From a virus (Duplodnaviria; Caudoviricetes), in IMG/VR virus record IMGVR_UViG_3300025671_000076, positions 1-57,375 of that record: DNA of 57,375 nucleotides; one strand, 5' to 3'. This document shows positions 16,772-26,909 of this stretch, one piece after another. Position numbers and translations under genes: made by a program. Below the pieces are notes generated by a model. The model made no database searches. It was not told where the DNA came from and saw nothing but the letters and a program-made list of their open reading frames with translations. The stretch's first letter is position 1. Each line of letters begins with the position of its first letter.

Positions 16772-18205
16772 ATGTTGAACTTGTTTAACTTTAAAACAGA
16801 ACCATACGAACACCAAAAAACTTGCTTAAGCAAATCCTGGGATAAACCCACCTACGCTTTCTTTATGGAAATGGGTACAGGTAAAACAAAAGTTGCAATC
16901 GATAACATTGGATTATTAAGAGTCAATAAAAATATTACAGGTGTTTTAATACTTGCACCTAAATCAGTTTATACTGTTTGGGCATTTGATGAAATTTATA
17001 AACACATGTCTCCAGATGTAGACTATGAAATTTATTCTTGGAACATAGATAAACCAAAACAATTACAAAAATCTTTAGATAAAAAAGGTAAGCTAAAAAT
17101 ATTCTGTATGAATATAGAAGCTTTATCTACATCTAGAGGATTAAAAGGTGCTACAGAATTTTTATATTCTCATCCAAACAATTTAACTATTGTTGATGAG
17201 TCTACTACAATTAAAAATCATAAAGCGATAAGAACTAGAAATGTTCTTAAACTTGGAGACTATTCTAAATACAAAAGAATACTTACAGGTTCACCAGTTA
17301 CTAAGTCACCACTAGATTTATATACTCAATGTGATTTTTTAAATCCAGATCATTTAGGTTTTTCTTCTTATTATTCTTTTAGAAATAGATATTGTGTGAC
17401 ACATAAATTAGATTTAGGTAATGGTAAGTATACTGAGATACCTAAATACTATGTCCATTTAGAAGAACTAGAAGATAAACTATCTAAGTTCTCTTACAGA
17501 GTAACTAAAGACGAATGTTTAGATCTACCTAAAAAATTATATACTAAACGATATATAGATATGAATGATGAACAAAAAGACTTTTATGAAAGATTAAGAA
17601 TAGCTGCAATAGCAATTATAGAAGATGAAGCAGTATCTTATAATAATAAATTAACTGAAATTATCAAACTACACCAGGTATGTAACGGTTTTGTTAAAAC
17701 AAATGATGGTGTGTTAAAAGAATTTAAGAATCCTAAACTACATGCATTGTCAGATATAATAGAAGAATCAGATGGTAAAGTAATTATATGGGCCAACTAC
17801 ATTTATAACATAGAAAATATAATTAAATTTTTAAAAGAAAAATATGGAGTACATTCTGTTGTAGCTAATTATGGTGCAGTAGATAGTGCTAAAAGAACAG
17901 AAGCAGTTAATAGATTTCAAACAGATGATAGGTGTAGATTTTTTGTAGGTAATCCATCTACCGGTGGTTTTGGTTTAACATTAACTGAAGCTAAAAATGT
18001 TATTTATTTTTCTAATAGTTTTAATTTTGAAGTAAGAAGACAATCAGAAGATAGAGCTCATAGATCAGGTCTTAAACATCCTGTGTTGTATACTGATTTA
18101 ATATGTAAAGGCACTATTGATGAAAGAATTATTGCATCATTATCTAATAAAAATAAATTAGCTACTAAAACTTTAGGTGATGAATTTAAAGAATGGCTTA
18201 CTTAA
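16772..18205 (+). CDS. SNF2-family (SF2) helicase
   Basis: MEMGTGKT, DEST, LTGSP, GLTLT, QSEDRAHR-x-G; start moved to ATG 16772. Confidence 0.93.
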   Translation: MLNLFNFKTEPYEHQKTCLSKSWDKPTYAFFMEMGTGKTKVAIDNIGLLRVNKNITGVLILAPKSVYTVWAFDEIYKHMSPDVDYEIYSWNIDKPKQLQKSLDKKGKLKIFCMNIEALSTSRGLKGATEFLYSHPNNLTIVDESTTIKNHKAIRTRNVLKLGDYSKYKRILTGSPVTKSPLDLYTQCDFLNPDHLGFSSYYSFRNRYCVTHKLDLGNGKYTEIPKYYVHLEELEDKLSKFSYRVTKDECLDLPKKLYTKRYIDMNDEQKDFYERLRIAAIAIIEDEAVSYNNKLTEIIKLHQVCNGFVKTNDGVLKEFKNPKLHALSDIIEESDGKVIIWANYIYNIENIIKFLKEKYGVHSVVANYGAVDSAKRTEAVNRFQTDDRCRFFVGNPSTGGFGLTLTEAKNVIYFSNSFNFEVRRQSEDRAHRSGLKHPVLYTDLICKGTIDERIIASLSNKNKLATKTLGDEFKEWLT

Positions 18206-18923
18206 GAGTTTCTAAATACTTATTGTATCTTTCCCACCATTTTTCTTGATAGTCTTTTAATTCCTGGCCTTCAATTGTAAACTCTTGATAGTCAAAATTC
18301 CTTGAACACATACATATTTTAGCTTGTTCTATTGGTTGATACATAGCTTCGTGTGCTAAACTGTATGCTCCTAGTTGCATAAAATAATCTTGTACTGCAC
18401 TCCACTCTCTTTTCTTAGGTTTATTAGTTTGTTTCCAATCAAACAAAGTAACTTTACCATCCATAACTCCAATGCAATCTGTAGCTCCTGCGTATTTTTC
18501 TGGATATGCTAAACTAACTTCATTACCCCATACTTCTGTTAATGGATTTAAATTTTTTAATATAGTGTGTGCCATTCTTCTAGCTCTGTTACCTTTCTCT
18601 GTAAGATTAAGATAACCTTCTCCATTAATATATTTTTCTATAACTAAATGCATTTCAGTACCTATAGAAGATGCTTCGTTTTTTATTTTCTCTGCGCCTT
18701 CTTCTCCTACTTTTGCTCTCCATCTAGCTAATGCATCTATTGATTCCTGGTCTTTTGTCGCTCCTAATATCGTAGTTACACTTGGTAACTTAGTTCCATC
18801 TACAGAATACATACGTTTACCTGTTTCAGGATCAGCAGCTCTAGAGTATGTTTTGTAAGGATATTTTTCTACTAAAGAAAATTCTGTTAGCTTAAACGAA
18901 TTATCGTTTTCTATAAATTTCAT
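18198..18923 (-). CDS. PD-(D/E)XK exonuclease (Cas4/MGME1-like)
   Basis: LPSVTTIL, GT-x-MH, YAGATD, DWKQ, QL-x-AY-x-x-A. Confidence 0.9.
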   Translation of the reverse strand: MKFIENDNSFKLTEFSLVEKYPYKTYSRAADPETGKRMYSVDGTKLPSVTTILGATKDQESIDALARWRAKVGEEGAEKIKNEASSIGTEMHLVIEKYINGEGYLNLTEKGNRARRMAHTILKNLNPLTEVWGNEVSLAYPEKYAGATDCIGVMDGKVTLFDWKQTNKPKKREWSAVQDYFMQLGAYSLAHEAMYQPIEQAKICMCSRNFDYQEFTIEGQELKDYQEKWWERYNKYLETLK

Positions 18924-18935
18924 TCATTGTTTATA

Positions 18936-19112
18936 CTAAAAATGTTGAGAAAGTACAGCTAAAAGTATAGTTGCTAAACCACCTATAATCCATTTTTCTA
19001 TTCTTAATATTCTAGCTTCCATTTTCTCTATCTTTTCAAAAGTTTGTTTCTGCATAATTCGACAGATCTTCTCATGATATTCAATTCTGTCCATTGCAGT
19101 TTTTCTAGCCAT
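18936..19112 (-). CDS. Small coiled-coil protein with C-terminal TM segment
   Basis: HEKIC...RIEKWIIGG + hydrophobic tail; start ATG 19112. Confidence 0.7.
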   Translation of the reverse strand: MARKTAMDRIEYHEKICRIMQKQTFEKIEKMEARILRIEKWIIGGLATILLAVLSQHF

Positions 19113-22100
19113 TGAGCACCTCGTCAGCTTGTCTGTAAGCATCTTCTACTAATCCACCTTCATTAAATTGTCTAGCTGCAACAGCTTGACCTAATGTATC
19201 TTGTGGAAATAATGATGCATATTGTTGTGCTGTCTGCATCTGGGTGTTCTGTGGCATTTGTCCTGTGGCCATTGCAGTTGGTTCTGTTGCTTGTCCTCCT
19301 GGAGGCATCATCATTTGTGGTTGTGTTGATTGTGGTTCTGTGTTTGCAACTTCTTCAAATTGTTGTTCGTTCAATGCCATTAAATTAGAACCTTGTAAAA
19401 ATTCTTCACCAGCTCTAGCTGTAGCTGGATCCATGTTTTTAGCTGTTTCATACTCAGGATATATTCTATCTCTAGTAAACTTAGGCATAGTTCCAAAATC
19501 GTAACTAGATTGTAAAGGTATGTTAGGGTCTAGGCTATTAATTTTATCTCTTACTTCTTCAAAATCTATATTATCAGGATCAACTCTAAAGTCATCTCCT
19601 TCTGCTTCCATCAAACTATTTATAAATCTAGCAAATGTTCTAGATGCTCTTGGTACCATTTGTGGTTTTAAGGCATATACATTTGGATCATCAGACATAA
19701 ATCTCATATATTGATTCATATCCATTAAATCTTCTGCAACTTTAGGATTAGTAATAATGTTACCAAATAATCTACTTCCAATAATTAATTTTAAAGTATT
19801 ACCAAAACCAAATGCAGCACTTGTAGCTCCTGCAAGAATACCTCCAGAAGAACCAGCTCTTAGTGTTAATGATCTTTGTACGAACTTAGACGGATCTGTA
19901 AAGTCCACTGAATCTAATGATCGTTTCATTGTAATTAAATCTTGTATTCTAGTTAATGCTTTTTCTCCTTGAACTCCACCACCAAAAATTTCTCTAATTT
20001 TATCTCTCCCTTGAGCAGTATCAATACCAATATTTTTAACAAATTTTTCTATATCTAATTCACCAAAATCATGATTTCTAATAACACCTTCATTTAAATT
20101 TGCTACACCTTCTCCTTCAGTAAATATTCTTGCATCTACTGATTGAGGATTAATAGTTTCATTAGTTTTTGTTTTAGCTCTAACTCTTTGTTCAGTTGTA
20201 TCATCTAATTGAAACATTCTCTTTCTAGTAAATCCTTTTTTAGCGGCTTGTGCAGCAATAGCTTCAGCAGATATACTTCTAAAGTCTCTTAAAGGATTAG
20301 CTGTAGATTCATTCCATGCATCCCAAAACCATTGTCTAACATATCTGTCATACATTTCTTTTGATTCTGCGCTAGAAGGAATTTGAACTGTTCTTTTAAC
20401 CTTACCCGCTGAATCTAAAACTTCGTAACTAGATTTAGTAACACCTAATATTTGTTTTAATTGTTTAACTCCATCAGGTCCACCACCATCTAAAACTCTT
20501 CTAATAACTTTATCGAATACTTGATCTGGATATATTCCCGCAGGTCCTACCATTTCAATACCTTTATCAGCAAATAATTTACTATCAGCAGCTTTTAATT
20601 GTTTAGCAACCTTACTAGTGTTAAAAGGCCTTAACACCATTGAATAATATGCGTTTGCTTCTAATAGTTGTTGATAACCAGCTTTAGCTGCTCTGATATT
20701 TGATTCAATAAAATCTTCTGCTGCTTGTGGACCATCTTTCTGTAAGATAGCTTGATACTCATCTTTAAAGACATCATTTTTTAAATTAGTTTTTACTGTA
20801 GCTTCATTCATACTATTTAAATCTTTTTCTAAAGCATTTCTAATAACTAATATTTGTGGTTTAACATTGTTAAATCTAGTTCCCTCGTAGGCAGCTGTTT
20901 GCATTCTAGATAATCCAGCCCAGTCACTCATTCTAATATAGTTTTTGTTTTGAGTAATATTATTTAAAAATTGTACATATTGTATTAAAGAATCGTCAGC
21001 AGGAGTTAAGTCTCTTGCTCCTTTTTCATAAGAACTTGCTTGCATGAAATCACCATATCTTTCTGGATATTCTGTTTTTATTTGATCTAACAATCTTTGT
21101 GTTTCTTGTCTTACGGTGGCAGTTGGTATAAAAGTAGGGTTACCTATTTCTTCCCAATGTTTTCTTACCATTTTATATTCTGTGCTAATTGTATCTAATA
21201 CTTTAGCCCATTCATTTTTCATTTGATTTATTCCTGCATAATTCATAATACTTACATTACTTGCAGGAGCCATATTCAAATGATCTACAGTATTTAAAAA
21301 TTCCTCTTGAGTTAGTCTTTTGTTAAAGTCTCTATTAAATTTAGTTAAAGGACCACTAACAAGTGGGTATACTCCAATAGTTGTAAAGAATTTTTTAAAG
21401 AAGTTTTGAAAAGCGTTTTCTCCTGGTATCAATGCAGCAACAGTAGGTCTTTCACCCACTCTTTCAAATGATCTAGCAATTGTTTTAGATTGTTCTGAGT
21501 TTAATCCTAATGATTGTTTTAATCCTTCTCTACCTGCAAATCTAACTAGAGGTATAAGAGACATAGCACCACCAGCCCAAAGTAAATCATTGTATGCTTC
21601 GTTTATTCCATTGTATAAAAGTCTTTGTTCAAAAGGTAACTTTCTAATATCATTGTCAGTTAGGTTAGCCATGTCTTGTGAAGTAGCTCCTACAAAATCA
21701 GAACCTAAATTAGCCATATCATATAATGCAGAACCACCAAACGCACCACTAGCACCCATTAATAATGATTGTGCTTCAGTAGATAATGATGGAGTAGCTC
21801 CAAATTTTTTTAATTTTTTAAAAAAATCTACAGTGTTATCAGCCATACCTGCTAAAGATCCCAACATTCTAACTGGTAATCCAGCTCTTCCTCTAATCTG
21901 TGGTAATTTTTTTACAGCATCTCCTAATACAGTAAATCTTTTTTGATACATATCAGCCATAGTTGCAAATCTTGTATCTACACCATATCTATCTTTAAAA
22001 TTACTTCTAACAAAAGCATCCATGATTTGATCTCTGTTCATAAAATAAGGAACCATAGAAGCAGAGGCAGCACCCGCAAATACAAGATCTCCTCTATCTA

Positions 22101-22323
22101 ATCCCGTAGCTGTTTCAAAAGGTTTTAATCTTTTTTCTTTTTGACCTGCAACACTCATTGCACCTAAGTCAATTAATCTTTGATAATCTTCAACACCTTC
22201 ATATCCAGTAAGCTCACCTGTTTTAAAAGCAGTATCTAAAGCTGTTAGTTGCTCTTGATTTAACTTTCTTGTGTCGATGTTTCTTGTATCGATTGCAGAT
22301 TGTAGTTCTTTAATACTTGCCAC
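19105..22323 (-). CDS. Large internal virion / DNA ejection protein
   Basis: 1072 aa, helical, last gene of the structural operon; terminal SLFP-x-D...FNEGG. Confidence 0.7.
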   Translation of the reverse strand: MASIKELQSAIDTRNIDTRKLNQEQLTALDTAFKTGELTGYEGVEDYQRLIDLGAMSVAGQKEKRLKPFETATGLDRGDLVFAGAASASMVPYFMNRDQIMDAFVRSNFKDRYGVDTRFATMADMYQKRFTVLGDAVKKLPQIRGRAGLPVRMLGSLAGMADNTVDFFKKLKKFGATPSLSTEAQSLLMGASGAFGGSALYDMANLGSDFVGATSQDMANLTDNDIRKLPFEQRLLYNGINEAYNDLLWAGGAMSLIPLVRFAGREGLKQSLGLNSEQSKTIARSFERVGERPTVAALIPGENAFQNFFKKFFTTIGVYPLVSGPLTKFNRDFNKRLTQEEFLNTVDHLNMAPASNVSIMNYAGINQMKNEWAKVLDTISTEYKMVRKHWEEIGNPTFIPTATVRQETQRLLDQIKTEYPERYGDFMQASSYEKGARDLTPADDSLIQYVQFLNNITQNKNYIRMSDWAGLSRMQTAAYEGTRFNNVKPQILVIRNALEKDLNSMNEATVKTNLKNDVFKDEYQAILQKDGPQAAEDFIESNIRAAKAGYQQLLEANAYYSMVLRPFNTSKVAKQLKAADSKLFADKGIEMVGPAGIYPDQVFDKVIRRVLDGGGPDGVKQLKQILGVTKSSYEVLDSAGKVKRTVQIPSSAESKEMYDRYVRQWFWDAWNESTANPLRDFRSISAEAIAAQAAKKGFTRKRMFQLDDTTEQRVRAKTKTNETINPQSVDARIFTEGEGVANLNEGVIRNHDFGELDIEKFVKNIGIDTAQGRDKIREIFGGGVQGEKALTRIQDLITMKRSLDSVDFTDPSKFVQRSLTLRAGSSGGILAGATSAAFGFGNTLKLIIGSRLFGNIITNPKVAEDLMDMNQYMRFMSDDPNVYALKPQMVPRASRTFARFINSLMEAEGDDFRVDPDNIDFEEVRDKINSLDPNIPLQSSYDFGTMPKFTRDRIYPEYETAKNMDPATARAGEEFLQGSNLMALNEQQFEEVANTEPQSTQPQMMMPPGGQATEPTAMATGQMPQNTQMQTAQQYASLFPQDTLGQAVAARQFNEGGLVEDAYRQADEVLNG

Positions 22324-22325
22324 TA

Positions 22326-24605
22326 CTAACCTCCTATCGGTATGGTTGATAATATATCTGCTCTAGATTGTTGATTTGAAATAGCTTGTTGTCTCATAAA
22401 CTCTTTATTCTTTTGATTATAAGCAGCAGAAACTCCAGGAATATCCATAAAGTTTTCTTGAATAAATTGTTCATCCCCACCATTTAGTTTGTATTGGTTT
22501 AGATAACTACCAGCTTTTTCATTAAACTCTTCTCTTAACTGCTCGTAGTTTAATCTAATAGTTCTAGGTGAAGTAATGTATTTAATAATTTGCGTACGTT
22601 TAGCAGCGTTATCAATATCTTTTTGTGTTAATCTGTCTTCTGATTTGTTAGCGTTTGCAACAATGTATTTCATACGCTGTTCAATAAGTGCTAGTTTAGT
22701 GTAAGCTCTTAAGTCTTCTTCTGTAGGTCTGTAGTTTTTAGCAATAAGACCTGCTTTCTTCAATTGTTTCTCTACTTCTTTAGCTCCATTTTCTCTAGCT
22801 TCTTGTAAGTCATTATTAAATCTTTGTTTCATGTTATCGGCTTCTTTATTAAATAAATTTAATTTACCACCTTCAATATCTACAAACTCTCTACTAGTAT
22901 TATTTTCCATAGCATCAACTATTTGTTGATCAATAACAGAACTATCAGCACCTAAATTACCTCCAGCAAAGAAATCAAATGTACCAAGAGTGTCCTCAGC
23001 TAATAATCCTAATGCAGCTTTAGTACCACCTTTTTCAGCATTTTGAATTACAAAGTCAATCATCTTACCACCTCTTCTATTGTCTTCTAGACCCATAAGA
23101 GCTGCGTTAAGTTTATCATCATTTCTTTTTACGTCAGTACCTGTAAATAAAGCTTCTTCAAAATATTGTTGACCGTCTGGAGTTATCTTTCTTTCATAAT
23201 ATTTATTGTCTTTACCTAAAGATACTCTAACATTTCTAAAACCACCTGGTACACTTGGATCACTTACTCTAACAGTTTTATCTCCAGTGGTAAGCATTCC
23301 TGCACCTTTAGCTTTTTCTTGTTTCATTTTTAAAAAAGCTTGTGCTAAATCCATATCTGTTTTTTGTTGTTGTAATTTCATACCAATCATTGCATCTGCA
23401 GTAGAACCTAATGCTTGACCTGCAACATCTAAGAAACCTGCCATACCTTGTTGTGGTGACTTACCAGATAATAAAGTTCCAGCAGCTCTCATCATTAATA
23501 AATTATTTAAGTTCTCATTTGTAGTTCCTGTAATTTTATTTAACTCATCTTTAAATTGTTTGAATTGACCTGCTAGTGTTCCTGATATTTCTTTTCCACC
23601 TTGAAGATCTTTAGTTCTTTTATTTTTTAAATAAGCTATTTCTGCAGGGCCTTCGTTACCTGTCATTTTAGGTACAGGATTCATTGGCATTTGTCCGCCT
23701 TCTCCCCCTGTGTCTCCAGGACCCGCCATCTCTTGTGGCCCCATTTGTTTTTGACCTTTACCTAACATTTGTCTTACTGTAGTTTCGTCTACATTAGTTT
23801 CTATTGCTATTTGTTTTAATTGGTCATCACTAGCTTTAGTTAGATCTACACCTAACTCTTTAGCAGTAGTATCTATTTTGTTAATAGTTTTTAACTGATC
23901 ATTTAATAACTGTTCTTCTTCAGTTTTAGGATTTTTTATACCAATAGGTCTTGATTGAAACTCCTTAGACATTTCTCGGTATTCTTTTAAATTCTCTGTT
24001 ACTTTCTTTTTAGGATCTGGTTTGTATTCAGGTTTACTATAAATTAATCTGTCTTGTACATCTGCAAGATAATCTTCTTGTGTCATACCTTCAGGTGTTC
24101 CTGCAGGACTTAATAATGGTGATGCTGTTCCTGCACCAATAGCTGCTAGTGTAGTCTTACCTGGATTTCTAACAATCTTTTGTGCTAGATCTGTCATTCT
24201 AGGAGTTAAGTATTCTCCTGTTTCTCTTAATGCAGTAATACCTGCTCTTCTAGCTGAACCTGGTAAAAAGGCTGCTCCAGGCACTGCATAAGTTGCTCCT
24301 GATATAAATTTACCTGTGTCTCCTTCTTTAATTCCTTCTGCCATTTCTCTACTACCCACACCAATACCATAACCTTCTAATCCAACTAAACCTGTTTGTA
24401 CTCCAGGTCTTGCAAAGAAAGAAGACATCTTAGGTGCTAAATATCTATAAGCAGGTGCGGCTGCTGCTCTTGCAGCTTGCATTCCAGCTGATCCTAATGC
24501 TGCTAATCCACCTACAAAAAATTTAGGCACTTGTTTAGGATTTACATTTGCATGTATTTCTTGTGCTCTTTTTCTAAATAGAGGTCTGTTTAATGTTTTA
24601 TCCAT
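22326..24605 (-). CDS. Internal virion / ejection protein
   Basis: N-terminal LNRPLFR...FFVGG; Ala/Gly-rich helices; synteny. Confidence 0.7.
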   Translation of the reverse strand: MDKTLNRPLFRKRAQEIHANVNPKQVPKFFVGGLAALGSAGMQAARAAAAPAYRYLAPKMSSFFARPGVQTGLVGLEGYGIGVGSREMAEGIKEGDTGKFISGATYAVPGAAFLPGSARRAGITALRETGEYLTPRMTDLAQKIVRNPGKTTLAAIGAGTASPLLSPAGTPEGMTQEDYLADVQDRLIYSKPEYKPDPKKKVTENLKEYREMSKEFQSRPIGIKNPKTEEEQLLNDQLKTINKIDTTAKELGVDLTKASDDQLKQIAIETNVDETTVRQMLGKGQKQMGPQEMAGPGDTGGEGGQMPMNPVPKMTGNEGPAEIAYLKNKRTKDLQGGKEISGTLAGQFKQFKDELNKITGTTNENLNNLLMMRAAGTLLSGKSPQQGMAGFLDVAGQALGSTADAMIGMKLQQQKTDMDLAQAFLKMKQEKAKGAGMLTTGDKTVRVSDPSVPGGFRNVRVSLGKDNKYYERKITPDGQQYFEEALFTGTDVKRNDDKLNAALMGLEDNRRGGKMIDFVIQNAEKGGTKAALGLLAEDTLGTFDFFAGGNLGADSSVIDQQIVDAMENNTSREFVDIEGGKLNLFNKEADNMKQRFNNDLQEARENGAKEVEKQLKKAGLIAKNYRPTEEDLRAYTKLALIEQRMKYIVANANKSEDRLTQKDIDNAAKRTQIIKYITSPRTIRLNYEQLREEFNEKAGSYLNQYKLNGGDEQFIQENFMDIPGVSAAYNQKNKEFMRQQAISNQQSRADILSTIPIGG

Positions 24606-24611
24606 TAGACC

Positions 24612-25496
24612 TTACCTTGTTGCTAGTGCTGCTGCCGTTGGATTTTTATTTAACAGTGAGTATGTAGCATAAGCTCCTAATCCTGCTCCTGCAGCTTGTG
24701 CTAACGGACTTCCAGTGGACGTTGGCATACTACTCTGTGTTATTGTAGATTGAGATGTAGGGCCTGCAGCATAAATGTTTTTAACAAACTCTGCTCTTTG
24801 GAAAGGTTCATATGCTCTTTGTAGCTCAGTTTGTCTTTGTGCATCTAATGCTTGTTGTGCAAGTTGTCTTTGTAATCCACCAGCTGCCATCAATTGATTA
24901 ATATCTTGTTGAGCCATACCTTGTTGTTGCTGACCTAACTGACCTAATAACTGACTGCCTTGTAATCCTAATTGTTGTTGTCTTTGTGCTGCACCTAATG
25001 CAGTTTGAAATCCTGTTGCCATTGATTGACCAATGTTAGCAAGTCTAGCTCTTTCTTCTTCTGCAACTCTAACACCTTCTCTACCGCCACCAAATGCTCC
25101 AGCACCAACTGCTTGTGCAGCTAATTGGTTTTGTCTCATTTGTGATTGTCTAGTAATCTCATCTGTTACATAAGATTGATATGGATTTAAATATTGATTA
25201 ATTTCTGCTTGACCAACTGGAGCCATTGCTGTTTGTGCACCTGTTACTGCAGAACTTACTGCAGGTTGACCAACACCGGTTATACCTGATGCTGTAATAC
25301 CTTGTTGTTCTAAACCACCTAAACCTGCAACTTGCATAGCAGGAATGTTTACAGGAGTTTGACCTAGCTGTGCAGCTATGTCCATTAAACCAAGTTTTCT
25401 TTCTTCAATACCTGGTGCTTCTCTTAAATATTGTGTAGTAACTGACGGTGCTGAAGCTTGTTGAGCTGGAGCACTGCCTCCTCCAAATATACTCAT
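24612..25496 (-). CDS. Gln/Ala-rich DNA pilot / ejection protein
   Basis: YLNPYQ-x-x-V...AGAFGGGR-x-GV motif; Q-rich. Confidence 0.75.
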   Translation of the reverse strand: MSIFGGGSAPAQQASAPSVTTQYLREAPGIEERKLGLMDIAAQLGQTPVNIPAMQVAGLGGLEQQGITASGITGVGQPAVSSAVTGAQTAMAPVGQAEINQYLNPYQSYVTDEITRQSQMRQNQLAAQAVGAGAFGGGREGVRVAEEERARLANIGQSMATGFQTALGAAQRQQQLGLQGSQLLGQLGQQQQGMAQQDINQLMAAGGLQRQLAQQALDAQRQTELQRAYEPFQRAEFVKNIYAAGPTSQSTITQSSMPTSTGSPLAQAAGAGLGAYATYSLLNKNPTAAALATR

Positions 25497-25955
25497 TTAG
25501 TTTAACTCCTTTTGAAATTCATAATGTTTAATTTTCCAACCATATTTTCCCATAACTTTTTTATATCCCGGTCTCATTAAAGCTGTAATTCTTTTACAGT
25601 TGTTTATTTTAGCAAATTCCTCAAGGGTTTTCACTAGTTTGTCAGACCATAAATACATTTTTTTGCCCGTACAAATAAGACCTTGTAACTCTTTAAAATT
25701 AGGGTTATCAAAAAATCTACTAGTACAACATCCAAATACTTTGTTTTCTCCATCCTCATCTGTTCCGAACATAATCCATAAATGCATTACATTCTTTTTT
25801 ACTAATTCTTTTATATGTTTAGCATCAGCATACTGACCACTAAACTTTAAAGCTTCTGATACAAGAAATTCAACTAAAGGCCAAAAAGTATCTACTTCTT
25901 TTGGCTTAATGCATAACACATCTACATTAGCTTTAATTGTCTTTTCTGCTTGCAT
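25497..25955 (-). CDS. GNAT-like virion assembly protein (T7 gp13-like position)
   Basis: W...LEEFAK-x-x-x-C-x-x-I...R-x-G-x-x-K pattern, placed before the ejection genes. Confidence 0.65.
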   Translation of the reverse strand: MQAEKTIKANVDVLCIKPKEVDTFWPLVEFLVSEALKFSGQYADAKHIKELVKKNVMHLWIMFGTDEDGENKVFGCCTSRFFDNPNFKELQGLICTGKKMYLWSDKLVKTLEEFAKINNCKRITALMRPGYKKVMGKYGWKIKHYEFQKELN

Positions 25956-26874
25956 CTAATATATCCATTATTCTTTTAAAACGTTTTTGTTGTTCGTAAA
26001 AAAATTCAGCACCTTTTTTTCTTTGGTCTTCTTTACTATTAATATCAGCACCAGCAATAATTCCTGCACCTCTAACAGCTGCAGCTCTAGATACAAATTC
26101 ACCATCAGCTAATTGTGCTAACATAGTGTCTTCATCTTCATCACCCATGCCTGCTCCGTCTTTTACAAAACCTTGAGCTCTTACATAGTTATTCATGTCA
26201 TGTTCGCTGTGACTGTGTTTAGAAGGTAATGCTTGACCACCTTCATTAAATTTTGCTACACTAACTATTCCACCTTGATTATATTCAACAGCTTTAAATG
26301 TTTGTGTAGGTTCATCACCTAAAATTTCTTCAACAGTTCTGTAAGTATCTGCATTAGCGATAGGTGTATCTACACCTGCTTGATAATCTCTTACCATAAA
26401 TCCTGTAGGACTTCCTGGAGCTCCTGATTTAGCAAATTTAGAATAAGCTTTGTTAGGAGTTGGTAAGTATGCAGTTTGTGGTCCTTCATCTCCTTCAAAC
26501 AATCCTGATAATAAAGGTATACCAAATGCTGCTAAACCTATTTTACCTTCAGTTGTTTTAGGTATAAATCTTTGTAAGAATCCTGCATCTTTAGTTCCAC
26601 CTTCTCCTCCAGTATCTCCTGGACTTAAAGTTTGTCCACCCATAAAAGAAGCAGCACCTTTAGCAGCTCCTGTATTCATAAACTGTTGCTTTAAAGTATT
26701 TCCAGCTAAAGCTTGCCCTGTTTGTCCAAAAGCTGAAAAGCCAGGTACGTTTAACATACCGGCACCTTGTGTTAATGCACCTATTCCTAGAGCATCTCTT
26801 AATGATCTATTAGTTGATTTACCTCTAAGTTTTTGTACGCCAAATGTGGCTAATGCTAGTGTAAATGGATCCAT
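25933..26874 (-). CDS. Virion protein with C-terminal GG...D...L-x-DGEFV domain (as in tape-measure C-termini)
   Basis: YNQGG, FNEGG, GAG-x-G...DTMLAQLADGEFVSRAAAVRG. Confidence 0.7.
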   Translation of the reverse strand: MDPFTLALATFGVQKLRGKSTNRSLRDALGIGALTQGAGMLNVPGFSAFGQTGQALAGNTLKQQFMNTGAAKGAASFMGGQTLSPGDTGGEGGTKDAGFLQRFIPKTTEGKIGLAAFGIPLLSGLFEGDEGPQTAYLPTPNKAYSKFAKSGAPGSPTGFMVRDYQAGVDTPIANADTYRTVEEILGDEPTQTFKAVEYNQGGIVSVAKFNEGGQALPSKHSHSEHDMNNYVRAQGFVKDGAGMGDEDEDTMLAQLADGEFVSRAAAVRGAGIIAGADINSKEDQRKKGAEFFYEQQKRFKRIMDILDASRKDN

Positions 26875-26909
26875 AATTTATTCTTTTAATTATGGATAAT
26901 ATTACCATT

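Noticed and set aside
16643-16851. Apparent 209-nt head-to-head overlap of the helicase and the 226-aa ORF
   Set aside because: Artefact of longest-ORF calling; plausible starts are 16713 (-) and 16772 (+) around the divergent promoter
18198-18923. Cas4-like nuclease as a CRISPR component
   Set aside because: No Fe-S Cys pattern, cas neighbours or array; fits a stand-alone phage exonuclease
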